A DNA stretch of 18,250 nucleotides from a virus: IMG/VR virus record IMGVR_UViG_3300045988_105363, positions 1 to 18,250 of that record. One strand, 5' to 3'. Every line of letters begins with the position of its first letter. Positions within the stretch are counted from its first letter, which is position 1. The notes under the pieces are model-generated. The model searched no databases, was not told where the DNA came from, and saw only the letters and a list, made by a program, of their open reading frames with translations. This document shows positions 6,056-14,629 of this stretch, piece after piece. Both the position numbers and the translations under genes were made by a program.

Positions 6056-6706
6056 TTATTGTTTTGGCTGAAAATTGTTTGCCTCCGGGTTGAGTGGCAT
6101 GTAGGTGTTTTTGGCCTCGTTTTCGCCCGGGAGGCATCCGTTTTCATCGTCGGTCGATGGCGGCCCGATTGGGCGTTCGCGCGGGAAGTGTCCGCGCGCG
6201 TCGGTGACGTCGCCAAGCTGGGCGTCAGGTACGCCAATGGGCCACAAATCATATGTGCGCGCGTCCATGCCCACGGCGTCCCATTCGTCCACGCTGAGCG
6301 CCATGTCGTCGTAGTCCCTCGCGAACAGCGCGTGTACGCGAACGTTGTCGTACATATCATCAAGTACGGTCTGCACGGACTGGATTACGCCGCGCACCGG
6401 AGAGCGCGCGACACCTGTTTCGTTCGATGTCTCCACGAGCGCGCGCAGCTCTTTTTCCAACTCCGCTAGCGCCTTGTTTGTTTGGTTGATTACCTCTACA
6501 ATTTTTTTGTCCACGTCGGGTTGAATGTTGTTCAATCCCTCGCCTATTTCGTTGGTTTTTTCGACCACAATATTCAGGTTGTCGCACAATGCCTGAATCC
6601 ACGTGAGCATATTCAGCGTGTCGCGGTATGCGAATGGCTGTGTGGTGGTGAAATACGGCCTGTAGCCATATAGTGTGTCGAATTGTGTGGTAATTGGTTG
6701 TACCAT
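6056..6706 (-). CDS. Hypothetical tail/appendage structural protein with a central coiled coil, 216 aa
   Basis: It lies between the lower collar and fibre genes. RBS GGGAGA lies 8 nt before ATG 6706; an alternative ATG at 6715 overlaps the upstream stop (ATGA). No recognisable domain. Confidence 0.5.
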   Translation of the reverse strand: MVQPITTQFDTLYGYRPYFTTTQPFAYRDTLNMLTWIQALCDNLNIVVEKTNEIGEGLNNIQPDVDKKIVEVINQTNKALAELEKELRALVETSNETGVARSPVRGVIQSVQTVLDDMYDNVRVHALFARDYDDMALSVDEWDAVGMDARTYDLWPIGVPDAQLGDVTDARGHFPRERPIGPPSTDDENGCLPGENEAKNTYMPLNPEANNFQPKQ

Positions 6707-6711
6707 TGTTG

Positions 6712-7536
6712 TCATCTCCCTAGGTAATATCCGAGTGCCGAAAACTGCGCGCCACACCACGGTGGAATTGGCCGGTTGGTCATGGAATCGCTTGACCCCC
6801 ATGTTTGCATGAACAATTGTTCAAGCGATTGCACTACCATCATATCAATATTAAGTAGCGTATTGCGGAACTCATTGAGCAACTGCGAGCGGCTCCCGGA
6901 GAATCCACTCGTATGGGCCTCGCTCGCGCCGTGCGCGGTGTCGGTCTGGTGGCCGGCGGAATCCGTGTACGTGTCGTTGGTGCTGTGCTGCCGCGTGGAG
7001 GTGTCGCTTGTCCCACGTGAATCGGTCTGCGAAGCGCTTGTGGCGTACCGCCGAAAATCGTCAATCCTGGTTTGCGGAAACTCGCTGTTGAACGTCATTG
7101 CCGTGTTGTCGGTTGTCGTATTGCTCGAACTGTCCCCGTCGCTGTTGGCCGTCTGTTTCGCGGTTGAATCGCTGTCGCTGTTGCTTGTGTTTGAAGTGTT
7201 TCCGGTCTGCCATATTTCCGTTGTTATGAATGGGTCGAACTTCATCAATTCTGTCTTATAGAGTTGGTTATAATATGGCATGTTTTCGTTCATGGTTCGA
7301 CCCAATAGGAACGCGAACGCCTGTGGAGTTTCCACGCTGATTTCCCGCATTAAATAATGCCTGATTATTTTTTCATTGAGTTCGGCCCTATGTTGCTCAT
7401 TGAAGATGGGATAGTAGTCGGGAGATAGATGCAATTTTTCGTCGGTGTCATACCCCATGGCAATCAGCGTGCCCAATTCAATGGTGTAATCCGCGCCCAT
7501 GTCCTGTAGTGCGTATTGGCTGAAATCCTGTACCAT
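6712..7536 (-). CDS. Lower collar protein (phi29 gp11-like), 274 aa
   Basis: Synteny directly after the connector. Motifs IIRHYLMREISVETP, MPYYNQLYK and C-terminal NIDMMVVQSLEQLFMQTW. A central S/T/D-rich low-complexity stretch. RBS AGAGG lies before ATG 7536. Confidence 0.6.
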   Translation of the reverse strand: MVQDFSQYALQDMGADYTIELGTLIAMGYDTDEKLHLSPDYYPIFNEQHRAELNEKIIRHYLMREISVETPQAFAFLLGRTMNENMPYYNQLYKTELMKFDPFITTEIWQTGNTSNTSNSDSDSTAKQTANSDGDSSSNTTTDNTAMTFNSEFPQTRIDDFRRYATSASQTDSRGTSDTSTRQHSTNDTYTDSAGHQTDTAHGASEAHTSGFSGSRSQLLNEFRNTLLNIDMMVVQSLEQLFMQTWGSSDSMTNRPIPPWCGAQFSALGYYLGR

Positions 7537-7544
7537 GTCCGCCT

Positions 7545-8483
7545 CTATTCCTCTGTGTCGCCGTCTGTGCTGAGAATGCCGCCTGACAGATAGTCGGACC
7601 AATCCACGCTGAGCTCCGGCATTCCCGCGCGCCGTAGCCACAAATCGTTGATGGTGTCGCACGCTTGTTGCCGGCACTGCAGAAAACTCGCGCGGAACAC
7701 GTTTGTTTTCTCGTTTCCGGCCGCAACCTCGTCGGTGATTAAGCGTTCTTTTTTTTCTGTGGTACTGTTTTGGATACCCAAAAAATTTACAAGCTCGTTC
7801 CATACCTGAGTTTTTACATTAAGCACTTTATCCGCAATAAACGGTGTGGCGTTCGGGAACGTCTGGAACATGCTGTTGATGTCCGCGCTATCATAGGTGT
7901 ACACATATGGCGCGCCATTTTCGCGCGCTTTCATAATGTTTTCCACCGTCAGTTTTTGCGTTTCATTGCACGCTATGATCAGCGGAATCGAAATGTTGTC
8001 CAGATTCACATCAAGCGCCCTGTCCGCTATGGCGAGGCGCATGGCGTAATCGCCCATGACGTCCAACAGTGTGCAGCGCAATGGGTTGTCCCATATGGGC
8101 ACGCACTCTTTGGAACCAAGCTGTTTGTAATGGTATCCGGTGGCGATTGGGTAGAATGTCGTGGGATTGTTGTAGTTGTTTGTGTTGCCGTAATTGCCTG
8201 ATGTCACGACAAACCTATGCCACTGTTTGTCCGGGAAGAACAAAGCCACGCCGTTCTCCAGCAGTGTCATTTCCAAGTACCGCATGTCAATGCCTTGCGG
8301 TAGGTTGCGCCACGTGAATCGTGAGATGCAGAGCATTTCAATCAATTTCATATATTTTTGCACGCGGATTTGTTGCGACATTTCCGCATAATTGAAGTTC
8401 GGCGCGCTCCATCGTGAGCCTAATACTCGGTCTTTTACCTTGAGTGATGCCTGTCGTGCACCATTTTTTTTACGTCGTCCCAT
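7545..8483 (-). CDS. Head-tail connector / upper collar (portal) protein, phi29 gp10-like, 312 aa
   Basis: FLGIQNSTTEKKERLITDEVAAGNE...CRQQACDTINDLW parallels phi29 gp10 [25 protein letters not shown]...SREEACEKINELY (from memory). The basic N-terminus MGRRKKNGAR resembles MARKRSNTYR. Confidence 0.88.
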   Translation of the reverse strand: MGRRKKNGARQASLKVKDRVLGSRWSAPNFNYAEMSQQIRVQKYMKLIEMLCISRFTWRNLPQGIDMRYLEMTLLENGVALFFPDKQWHRFVVTSGNYGNTNNYNNPTTFYPIATGYHYKQLGSKECVPIWDNPLRCTLLDVMGDYAMRLAIADRALDVNLDNISIPLIIACNETQKLTVENIMKARENGAPYVYTYDSADINSMFQTFPNATPFIADKVLNVKTQVWNELVNFLGIQNSTTEKKERLITDEVAAGNEKTNVFRASFLQCRQQACDTINDLWLRRAGMPELSVDWSDYLSGGILSTDGDTEE

Positions 8484-8497
8484 AAGGTCAATGATAG

Positions 8498-8532
8498 CAT
8501 AATGGCGACTGCAATGCAACCGCCATTATGCC
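8498..8532 (-). other. Intercistronic hairpin (11-bp stem) between the tail knob and connector genes
   Basis: GCATAATGGCG (8498..8508) pairs with CGCCATTATGC (8522..8532). The hairpin ends 14 nt before the connector ATG, which lacks an SD. Confidence 0.45.
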
Positions 8533-8548
8533 GCCCACCACAGTTCAT

Positions 8549-10756
8549 TCAGTATCTGATGCCCTTCAGTGGGGCGTTGTCCGCGTAGTCCGTCACCCCG
8601 ATTTTGGAGGGGTCGCGCCATACCGTCACGCCTTTTTCAAAAATACCCTTGATGGTCAGCCTGTATTCTTCGGGGCATGTGCTGGAACGCAGATGGAACT
8701 CATGCAATTTCCAGTACGTGAAATTGCTCATGCACATAAGACTGTCGGGCAGCTGGATGAACCGCTGCACGTAATATCCGAAACGCAGCCAAAACTCGCC
8801 TATATTGCGCATGGCCGCGTCCGGCAGCCTCTTGAAACGCGCCCACACCTCGGCATGGCCGTTGCCCAGGAGCACGGCGTCGCCACCGGACGCCGCGCCG
8901 ATTGTGGGCGATGATAGCCGGCTGTCCTGTATCTTGGCGTTGATTCCGGCTATGGTGTTTGCATAATCGCCCTGTGCGACGGCGGTCGCGAGCGATTTGT
9001 TCATGTCCGCCAGTTTCATTGATTGCTCGTTGTTGAGGTTGGTGGACTGCATGTTATAGGCGTTTTGTTGGCTTGTGGACGCAAGCGCCGTGCTCTGTTG
9101 GTTGGCAAGCGTGGCATTCGCCTGCCGCACTGAGTTGTCGTACTCGGCGACGCCGAACGCCGCGTTGGAAGCGGTGCCGGCAAGCGCTGACACGGCGCCC
9201 CCGACATTGCCCGAAGCGAGCGAGCCCAAAAAACCGGCGCCCCCATTCACGAGGTTCTTACCTTGGCTGATGGCCTGCTGTTGCGCCATGTAGTCCATGT
9301 TTATATCATTGGCGCGGGCCGCGCCCTGATTTGAAATCGCTGTCATGGCGTTACGGTTTTGGTTTGCCAGATTGGCGCCGCTCGTGGCGTATTGCGTGCC
9401 TATTTGCGCTTGCGCGTACGCATTGTTGATGCCCATTTGTGTTTTGTTTTGCGCCCAATCGGCCGAGTTTTGCGAATATTGAATGGAATGCGCATTGCTC
9501 GCCATATACATCGTGCTATTGTTATTGACCACAGAGATTTTAGGCAGGTCCACAAGCCCGATTGTGTTGTTTAAATCCTCGCCGCCATTGTAGTTTCGTG
9601 GGTAGAAAAACAGGCGCGGTTGAGGGGGCGCCAATCGCCCGAACTCCCATATATCCAGCGCGGCGTCATCGACATATTGCGGTTTGATGATGGCGCTGTT
9701 CCCGTTCTGCATGGTCAGCTCGACATACGAATAGGGGAACATGCGGAACTTTTTCAGATGCTTGTACCTGTCATCTATATGGAATCTGTCGCGGAAGTTC
9801 TCAATCCGCAAAAACGATGCATCAAACGTGGAACGGGCGACATTGGCGATATGTTTGTTGCTGTTGTTTCCCAGCACGCCTATATAGAAATCGGCCATGT
9901 AATTGTTGATGTCCACGCCGGCCTGTCCCAATTGCCTGAACCTGGGCACGGCCCATACGCCTATGATGCCCTGTGACACCCATGGGTAGTTTGATATGTA
10001 CCCCATCACCGCCGTTAGTTTTTCGGTGTAATATACGCTCGCGCCGTCGTGCAATGAATCCACGATGCTGCCTACCGCCGTGTGCAATTGTGGATTGGTC
10101 ACAGTGCCCGCGGGAAGCACGAGCGACGTGGTGGACACAATGATGTAGCCGATGTCAGGCTCACGTACCACTTCGACGTCTTCGGGCCTGTCGCCGTGGA
10201 TCACCGTTTTGCCCAGGTCCATGTAGCGTTTCGATTTCTGCTCTACAATCCTGCCGTCCGCGCCGGTGTCGAGGCCCTCTGCTATGTCGAGGTAGTCGCG
10301 TCCATAGTCGTCCCATTGGCGTTCGTTGGCGACGCCGATATGGCCGCGTTCGACGTAACAGCGTCCGAAACCAATGTCGAATTGGAATGATTGCCACACG
10401 TCCAATTGTATGTTCATTTGCGTTGTATATGCGTTGATATATGTACATTCTTGTACGAAATAATACCAATATTTGGGGGTGTCGAAATCGTAGTCGTTAT
10501 AGGCTATCAAATAGTTGTATTTGCACGCTTCAGAAAAAGGCAGTTTCAATCGCACCGGCAAACCGAACTTCGACATGCTGCATTCATTGAACTCAACGCC
10601 TTGCAATGAGTTAAAATATTCCTCTTGCTGTTGCCTGTCATTGAATCGTACAATGTCCCTGTATCCCATGTCCCAATTCACGTTGCAGAGTTTGAACCTC
10701 GTGTTCGGTGTCCAGCTCGCATAGGAGAAATTGATGGGTAAATCGTTCGCGCTCAT
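8549..10756 (-). CDS. Tail knob protein, phi29 gp9-like, 735 aa
   Basis: The N-terminal YNYLIAYNDYDFDTPKYWYYFVQECTYINAYTTQMNIQLDVWQSF parallels phi29 gp9 [43 protein letters not shown] (from memory). It has an internal Q/N/A-rich region and a Gly/Ala hydrophobic stretch. Synteny supports the call. Confidence 0.8.
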   Translation of the reverse strand: MSANDLPINFSYASWTPNTRFKLCNVNWDMGYRDIVRFNDRQQQEEYFNSLQGVEFNECSMSKFGLPVRLKLPFSEACKYNYLIAYNDYDFDTPKYWYYFVQECTYINAYTTQMNIQLDVWQSFQFDIGFGRCYVERGHIGVANERQWDDYGRDYLDIAEGLDTGADGRIVEQKSKRYMDLGKTVIHGDRPEDVEVVREPDIGYIIVSTTSLVLPAGTVTNPQLHTAVGSIVDSLHDGASVYYTEKLTAVMGYISNYPWVSQGIIGVWAVPRFRQLGQAGVDINNYMADFYIGVLGNNSNKHIANVARSTFDASFLRIENFRDRFHIDDRYKHLKKFRMFPYSYVELTMQNGNSAIIKPQYVDDAALDIWEFGRLAPPQPRLFFYPRNYNGGEDLNNTIGLVDLPKISVVNNNSTMYMASNAHSIQYSQNSADWAQNKTQMGINNAYAQAQIGTQYATSGANLANQNRNAMTAISNQGAARANDINMDYMAQQQAISQGKNLVNGGAGFLGSLASGNVGGAVSALAGTASNAAFGVAEYDNSVRQANATLANQQSTALASTSQQNAYNMQSTNLNNEQSMKLADMNKSLATAVAQGDYANTIAGINAKIQDSRLSSPTIGAASGGDAVLLGNGHAEVWARFKRLPDAAMRNIGEFWLRFGYYVQRFIQLPDSLMCMSNFTYWKLHEFHLRSSTCPEEYRLTIKGIFEKGVTVWRDPSKIGVTDYADNAPLKGIRY

Positions 10757-10784
10757 AATGTCCTATCCTTGTTGTGGTATGGAA

Positions 10785-10819
10785 ATGCGGGGCATAATGG
10801 CGTATGTCATGCCCCGCAT
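10785..10819 (-). terminator. 11-bp stem hairpin just after the capsid gene (possible partial terminator or attenuator)
   Basis: ATGCGGGGCAT (10785..10795) pairs with ATGCCCCGCAT (10809..10819). On the - strand it is followed only by UUCCAU. Confidence 0.4.
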
Positions 10820-10836
10820 ATCGGCGTATGGTGCCG

Positions 10837-12624
10837 TTACTTCGACTTCTTCACCAGTGTGGCGTACGAATCGCCGTCGGGCGCGTCGGTGGAATCAAGG
10901 CCGAGGCCCTTGACCCTGACGTGGGTGGCGCCGCCGTCCCACGCGGCCGTGGTGTCGATGTTCACCGTCATGCCGTCGGTGCTGATGCCGTCCATGGCGC
11001 CGCTCACATCGACGTGTGCGAGATGGCTCACATCGACCTTTTCGCCGCTCATGGTGGTGCCGATTGCGCGGAACGTCACCTCGCCATGGTACGGGCCGCC
11101 GTCGCCCTGTTCCATATCGACCTCGACATTGCCGGACGGGCTGATTTCGATGCCCTTGAAGATGCTGGGGCTCCAGCCTCCGAGATAGTCCCCCGCCACG
11201 GGCACGTCAAGCGCGGCGCCCGTCTCCTGGGTGACTTCGGGGTGTGCGGGGTCGATGTATGTGGCGCGCGCCTTGACGCGCAGCTTGGTCGCGTTTTCGT
11301 CGAGGCCGCACACGAGGATTCCCTCGTTGTCCAGTCGGGTGTACTGCGATGTGGCGCCCTCCAACATGTATTCGATGCCGAGCGGGGTGAAATCGGGGTC
11401 GCCCTCCACGGTGATGTTCGACCACACCTGTACGATGCCGCCACGGCGCACGTTCTCTGGAATGATGTTTTCCTCCCCGTACTTGCGCAATTCCACGGTG
11501 AACTCCGGCGTATCGGCCTTGACATTGGACGGCAGGTTGATGTTTTCCGGCGTGCCCTCGCCAGTCCAGAACAGCAGGGCATTGGCGAGAGGATTGGGCG
11601 TGATGGAACCACTATGCTTGTAGAAAATATTATAGCTATTATCAATCGGATTGACTGGGCTATTGGTTGTTTCAAGAATCTGGTCCCAACGGAACCAAAA
11701 ATCAGTGGTTGTAAGAATTGCCTGAGCGCCGCGAATACCAAACTGCTCAGGATTGATGGGAATAATCCTGTAATTGATATCCGCTTTGTCAATGTTGAAC
11801 GTCTGCGCGAGCGCGTTCACGTCAAGCGCGGAAATGACCTGTGGGGTGGCGAACAGCACGGCGTTCTCACGATTCCACGGAATGACCCAATGTGCGGCGT
11901 TGTAGCGGCCCATGCCACTCAGGGGGGTGGCGCGGAGCGTGTCGCTCATGGCGCGAATCTGTCGCAGCATGTTCTTCGCCTGGGCTTCGGTGGAATCCCA
12001 CGCGCCGACGTCATCTGTGTGAATCCTGAAATATCCGCCCTGTTTCGCATACTCCGCGAAGCACTGCGTCATCATCAAATACATGTCATTGCGGTCGGAT
12101 TTAATCGGCGCGTCCATGAGCTCCGCAATGAAATCGCCCATATTGCCGTCGCTCGTAAAGGCCGTGAGAATGGCGTCCTGGGGAACGGTCACAGGGTAAT
12201 AATGGTTAAAGTTGAGCGGGTGGAAATAGTTTTTCACCGGCACCTGATAACGCCCGAAGACATCGTCGCCAAGGTACTCTTTGTTATAGTCGCGTGTGCG
12301 GGCCTCAATCAATCCGACAGCGGCCTGTTCGTATGTGCCGCCGTACCGCTTGAGTTCGTTCGGTGTGCCCATGTCGCGTAGCGGGTTGTCATAGTCGGCG
12401 TGCTGAATATACATGCCAATGATACGCTGAATAAACGTGTTATAGAACTCGTCGCGCAGCACAGGGTACTGTGAAATCTGCTCAATGGATTGGCGAATAT
12501 TGCCCTGTGTTGCAGCTGGAATGCGCACCTGAAATTGCGGGCTCATTGCGCCGCGCACGGCGTTGAATATTTTTTCCGCAGACTGCGTAGCGAGCGGCCT
12601 ATGGTTAGTGGGGTGGACTGCCAT
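10837..12624 (-). CDS. Major capsid protein (phi29 gp8-like HK97 fold) with C-terminal Ig-like (Big_2-type) domains, 595 aa
   Basis: It lies after the scaffold gene and is the largest head gene. The N-terminal two thirds resemble gp8-family capsids. The C-terminal ~200 aa look like two beta-rich Ig-like modules. RBS AAAGGAAC. Confidence 0.8.
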   Translation of the reverse strand: MAVHPTNHRPLATQSAEKIFNAVRGAMSPQFQVRIPAATQGNIRQSIEQISQYPVLRDEFYNTFIQRIIGMYIQHADYDNPLRDMGTPNELKRYGGTYEQAAVGLIEARTRDYNKEYLGDDVFGRYQVPVKNYFHPLNFNHYYPVTVPQDAILTAFTSDGNMGDFIAELMDAPIKSDRNDMYLMMTQCFAEYAKQGGYFRIHTDDVGAWDSTEAQAKNMLRQIRAMSDTLRATPLSGMGRYNAAHWVIPWNRENAVLFATPQVISALDVNALAQTFNIDKADINYRIIPINPEQFGIRGAQAILTTTDFWFRWDQILETTNSPVNPIDNSYNIFYKHSGSITPNPLANALLFWTGEGTPENINLPSNVKADTPEFTVELRKYGEENIIPENVRRGGIVQVWSNITVEGDPDFTPLGIEYMLEGATSQYTRLDNEGILVCGLDENATKLRVKARATYIDPAHPEVTQETGAALDVPVAGDYLGGWSPSIFKGIEISPSGNVEVDMEQGDGGPYHGEVTFRAIGTTMSGEKVDVSHLAHVDVSGAMDGISTDGMTVNIDTTAAWDGGATHVRVKGLGLDSTDAPDGDSYATLVKKSK

Positions 12625-12657
12625 AATATGTTCCTTTGATTGTTATTGTTTATTGTA

Positions 12658-12948
12658 TTAATCTTCGTTGAACAAATCTTCAATGGACGGCGTTTCGTCG
12701 TTGTCGCCGTCATTGTTTTCCGTATTTTCCGCCGGAGAGAAGCCCAATGTCTCAAACATGAACTTGAGTTCTGCGAACGATTTTTCCAGAGCGTCGAGAC
12801 GCGGTTCAATGTTCGCCGTGTCTACCGTGCCATGTTCGGATTCAGGCTGTTCAACAGTCTCGCCGCCGTCAACCTGTGGGGGCGTGGGGTCATTCACTGT
12901 TTCCGTGGTCTGCTCTTCCATGTTTTCCGTGTTGTTCTCGTCAGCCAT
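12658..12948 (-). CDS. Scaffolding protein (phi29 gp7-like), 96 aa, very acidic
   Basis: The size matches phi29 gp7 (98 aa). The composition is acidic and looks helical. The C-terminal PSIEDLFNED resembles gp7 ITIEDLEAK (from memory). RBS AAAGGAAAACA lies before ATG 12948. Confidence 0.65.
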   Translation of the reverse strand: MADENNTENMEEQTTETVNDPTPPQVDGGETVEQPESEHGTVDTANIEPRLDALEKSFAELKFMFETLGFSPAENTENNDGDNDETPSIEDLFNED

Positions 12949-12968
12949 TGTTTTCCTTTCGCGCGCGT

Positions 12969-12974
12969 ATTGTA
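12969..12974 (-). promoter_or_regulatory. Candidate -10-only late promoter element (TACAAT) upstream of the scaffold gene
   Basis: TACAAT lies on the - strand 20 nt before ATG 12948, with no acceptable -35. A 12-bp perfect palindrome, GCGGCGCGCCGC (12979..12990), lies just upstream. Confidence 0.2.
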
Positions 12975-13149
12975 TGTAGCGGCGCGCCGCAATCACGCGA
13001 CGCGCCATATTGGTTATGCAAGCACATTATTGAATCGTGTAGAGTGTCGTTGGCTGGACGAATCACAGTCCCATAACGGTGGCGATTTTCTCACGCCGGG
13101 CCTTTCCGATATGGCAATCTCAGTCACAATTCCATGCTTAAAACCACTT

Positions 13150-14592
13150 CTATAATACCACGGTATCGCCGTCCGCGTCAACCACGGACATGCCGGAACG
13201 GTAGCGTTCCCACGGTATCGGGCCGGTGATGCTGGAACCTGAATGCACCAATCGTACGCCGCCGTTTTCGTCTTGCGCTTGGAATCTATTGATTCCCAAT
13301 ATGACTACTTTTACGAACCGCCCCGACACTTTCCACGCGCCCAGCTCGCTGTCATCTATCGTGATGCCGTTCGGCGCGTCATGTCCGGTCAGCATCAATC
13401 CGTCTGTGTTTGCGTATATCAATCGGTGACTATTCAGACGTGCGGCGCGCAATAATTCTTTGCGCGCATAGGCGTTCACCCACATGGGGACAGGTAAATA
13501 ATCGGTGGAAAAATTGGACTGTTTTCTATGGTATGGTTGCCACGTCAAAGCGCCATCAGCGTCTATTTCCGGCAGTAGTCCGTATCCACGATTAAGCGCG
13601 GCCATTTTCCCCACAAGGGAGTTCAGCATTATTTTAGCCAATTCCCTACGCGCGCCGTGCGCGTTTTTTTTCATGTCATACCATTCGTTTACATACGAAT
13701 AAAACATGCCCTTAGAGCGCCTGAACTTATATCCTTTGACATGCTCAAACAATGTCACATTATAGTTTTCATATAATAGTTGTTGGTCTATGTCTGTCAG
13801 GCATTGCGTGATGAATCCGCGCGTTGATTCCATTCTTTTTTCAGCATCGAACTGCATCATGCCGTCGGTTAAAAACGGAAAGCCATTGGGCTTTAAATCC
13901 GCTCTGAACGTCATTATATCGCAGTGCAACGGCATGTCGTTATCTTCGACATATTCTCCGAAATATTCTTCAGGCTCGCCATAGGGCAACCATTGGTCAT
14001 GCAATATCCATGGATACATGCTGTTGATATCCAAGTCCAACACGTCCCCATATTCCCCGGATTCGGCTTTCATATATCCGCCTATATATCCGCTACGCAT
14101 GTCTGTTTTTTGCTCGTCGGATAAACGGGGGAACTTGTCGGCATACCATGGGCCGCGTCCGTCCCTGAAATCGTGCATTGCGGCGCTGCCCGCCGTGACA
14201 CGCTGCAATCCAAGGCGCTCCAACTCCAATAGTGCGCTATTGAATGTTCCATATGACTTGAGTATGTCCTCATATGTGGAGTGCAATATGTTGCGTATAT
14301 CATAAAACAGGAACCTTTTTTTCTTGGATAAAGTCAACTCGAAACTATAATATTTCCCGTTGGTTGTTACGATGGAATCCCATGACAAACCGCTATGGTT
14401 GGGGTCATGCGGGAACGCCGATACAACGTGCCGTATGAACGGCAATAGCGGGTCTATGCCGCATGAGTATATAACATGCTTTTCGTCGCCTGAATGCATG
14501 ATATTGTTCAATGCTATTTGTGGCGTATCGAACGGCATTGTTGCGCCGTTTGTCCATCGTATTACGCCGTGTTCCAACATTCCCGTTTTCAT
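13150..14592 (-). CDS. Protein-primed family-B DNA polymerase (phi29 p2-like), 480 aa, with a shortened N-terminal domain lacking Exo motifs
   Basis: Motif A DLDINSMYP, LPYGEP, motif B KIMLNSLVGK, motif C LIYANTDG, LGAWKVSG in the KxY region, and RVTAGS matching phi29 RMTAGS. RBS AAGGA lies 9 nt before the ATG. Confidence 0.9.
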   Translation of the reverse strand: MKTGMLEHGVIRWTNGATMPFDTPQIALNNIMHSGDEKHVIYSCGIDPLLPFIRHVVSAFPHDPNHSGLSWDSIVTTNGKYYSFELTLSKKKRFLFYDIRNILHSTYEDILKSYGTFNSALLELERLGLQRVTAGSAAMHDFRDGRGPWYADKFPRLSDEQKTDMRSGYIGGYMKAESGEYGDVLDLDINSMYPWILHDQWLPYGEPEEYFGEYVEDNDMPLHCDIMTFRADLKPNGFPFLTDGMMQFDAEKRMESTRGFITQCLTDIDQQLLYENYNVTLFEHVKGYKFRRSKGMFYSYVNEWYDMKKNAHGARRELAKIMLNSLVGKMAALNRGYGLLPEIDADGALTWQPYHRKQSNFSTDYLPVPMWVNAYARKELLRAARLNSHRLIYANTDGLMLTGHDAPNGITIDDSELGAWKVSGRFVKVVILGINRFQAQDENGGVRLVHSGSSITGPIPWERYRSGMSVVDADGDTVVL

Positions 14593-14629
14593 ATTATGCA
14601 GTCCTTGTATTGCGGGAGTATTATATTGT

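Noticed and set aside
7537-7803. N-terminal 89-codon extension of the lower-collar ORF (track ORF 6712..7803), overlapping the connector gene
   Set aside because: The extension lies out of frame inside the well-supported connector CDS and translates to Arg-rich low complexity. A good RBS (AGAGG) precedes the internal ATG at 7536, right after the connector stop.
8498-10802. Shared 11-mer GCATAATGGCG in the two late intercistronic hairpins (8498..8508 and 10792..10802)
   Set aside because: An 11-mer match is expected by chance many times in 18 kb, and about 0.5 times even within the roughly 1.5 kb of intergenic DNA. This is not enough to call a repeated element without conservation data.
10804-12381. 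525-aa ORF on the + strand, the longest + strand ORF in the window
   Set aside because: It is codon-aligned antisense to the capsid gene: both frames have codon low coordinates congruent to 1 mod 3. Its stops can therefore only arise from sense TTA, CTA or TCA codons, which this GC-rich gene avoids. It has no RBS and its translation is low-complexity and Ala/Gly/Arg/Val-rich. It is a shadow ORF.
13736-13766. + strand TTGACA followed by TATAGT (19-nt spacer) or CATTAT (16-nt spacer), inside and antisense to the polymerase gene
   Set aside because: The spacing is suboptimal, no + strand gene or structure lies downstream, and a single occurrence inside coding sequence is compatible with chance. 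It would only be worth revisiting if strand-specific RNA-seq shows an antisense RNA.
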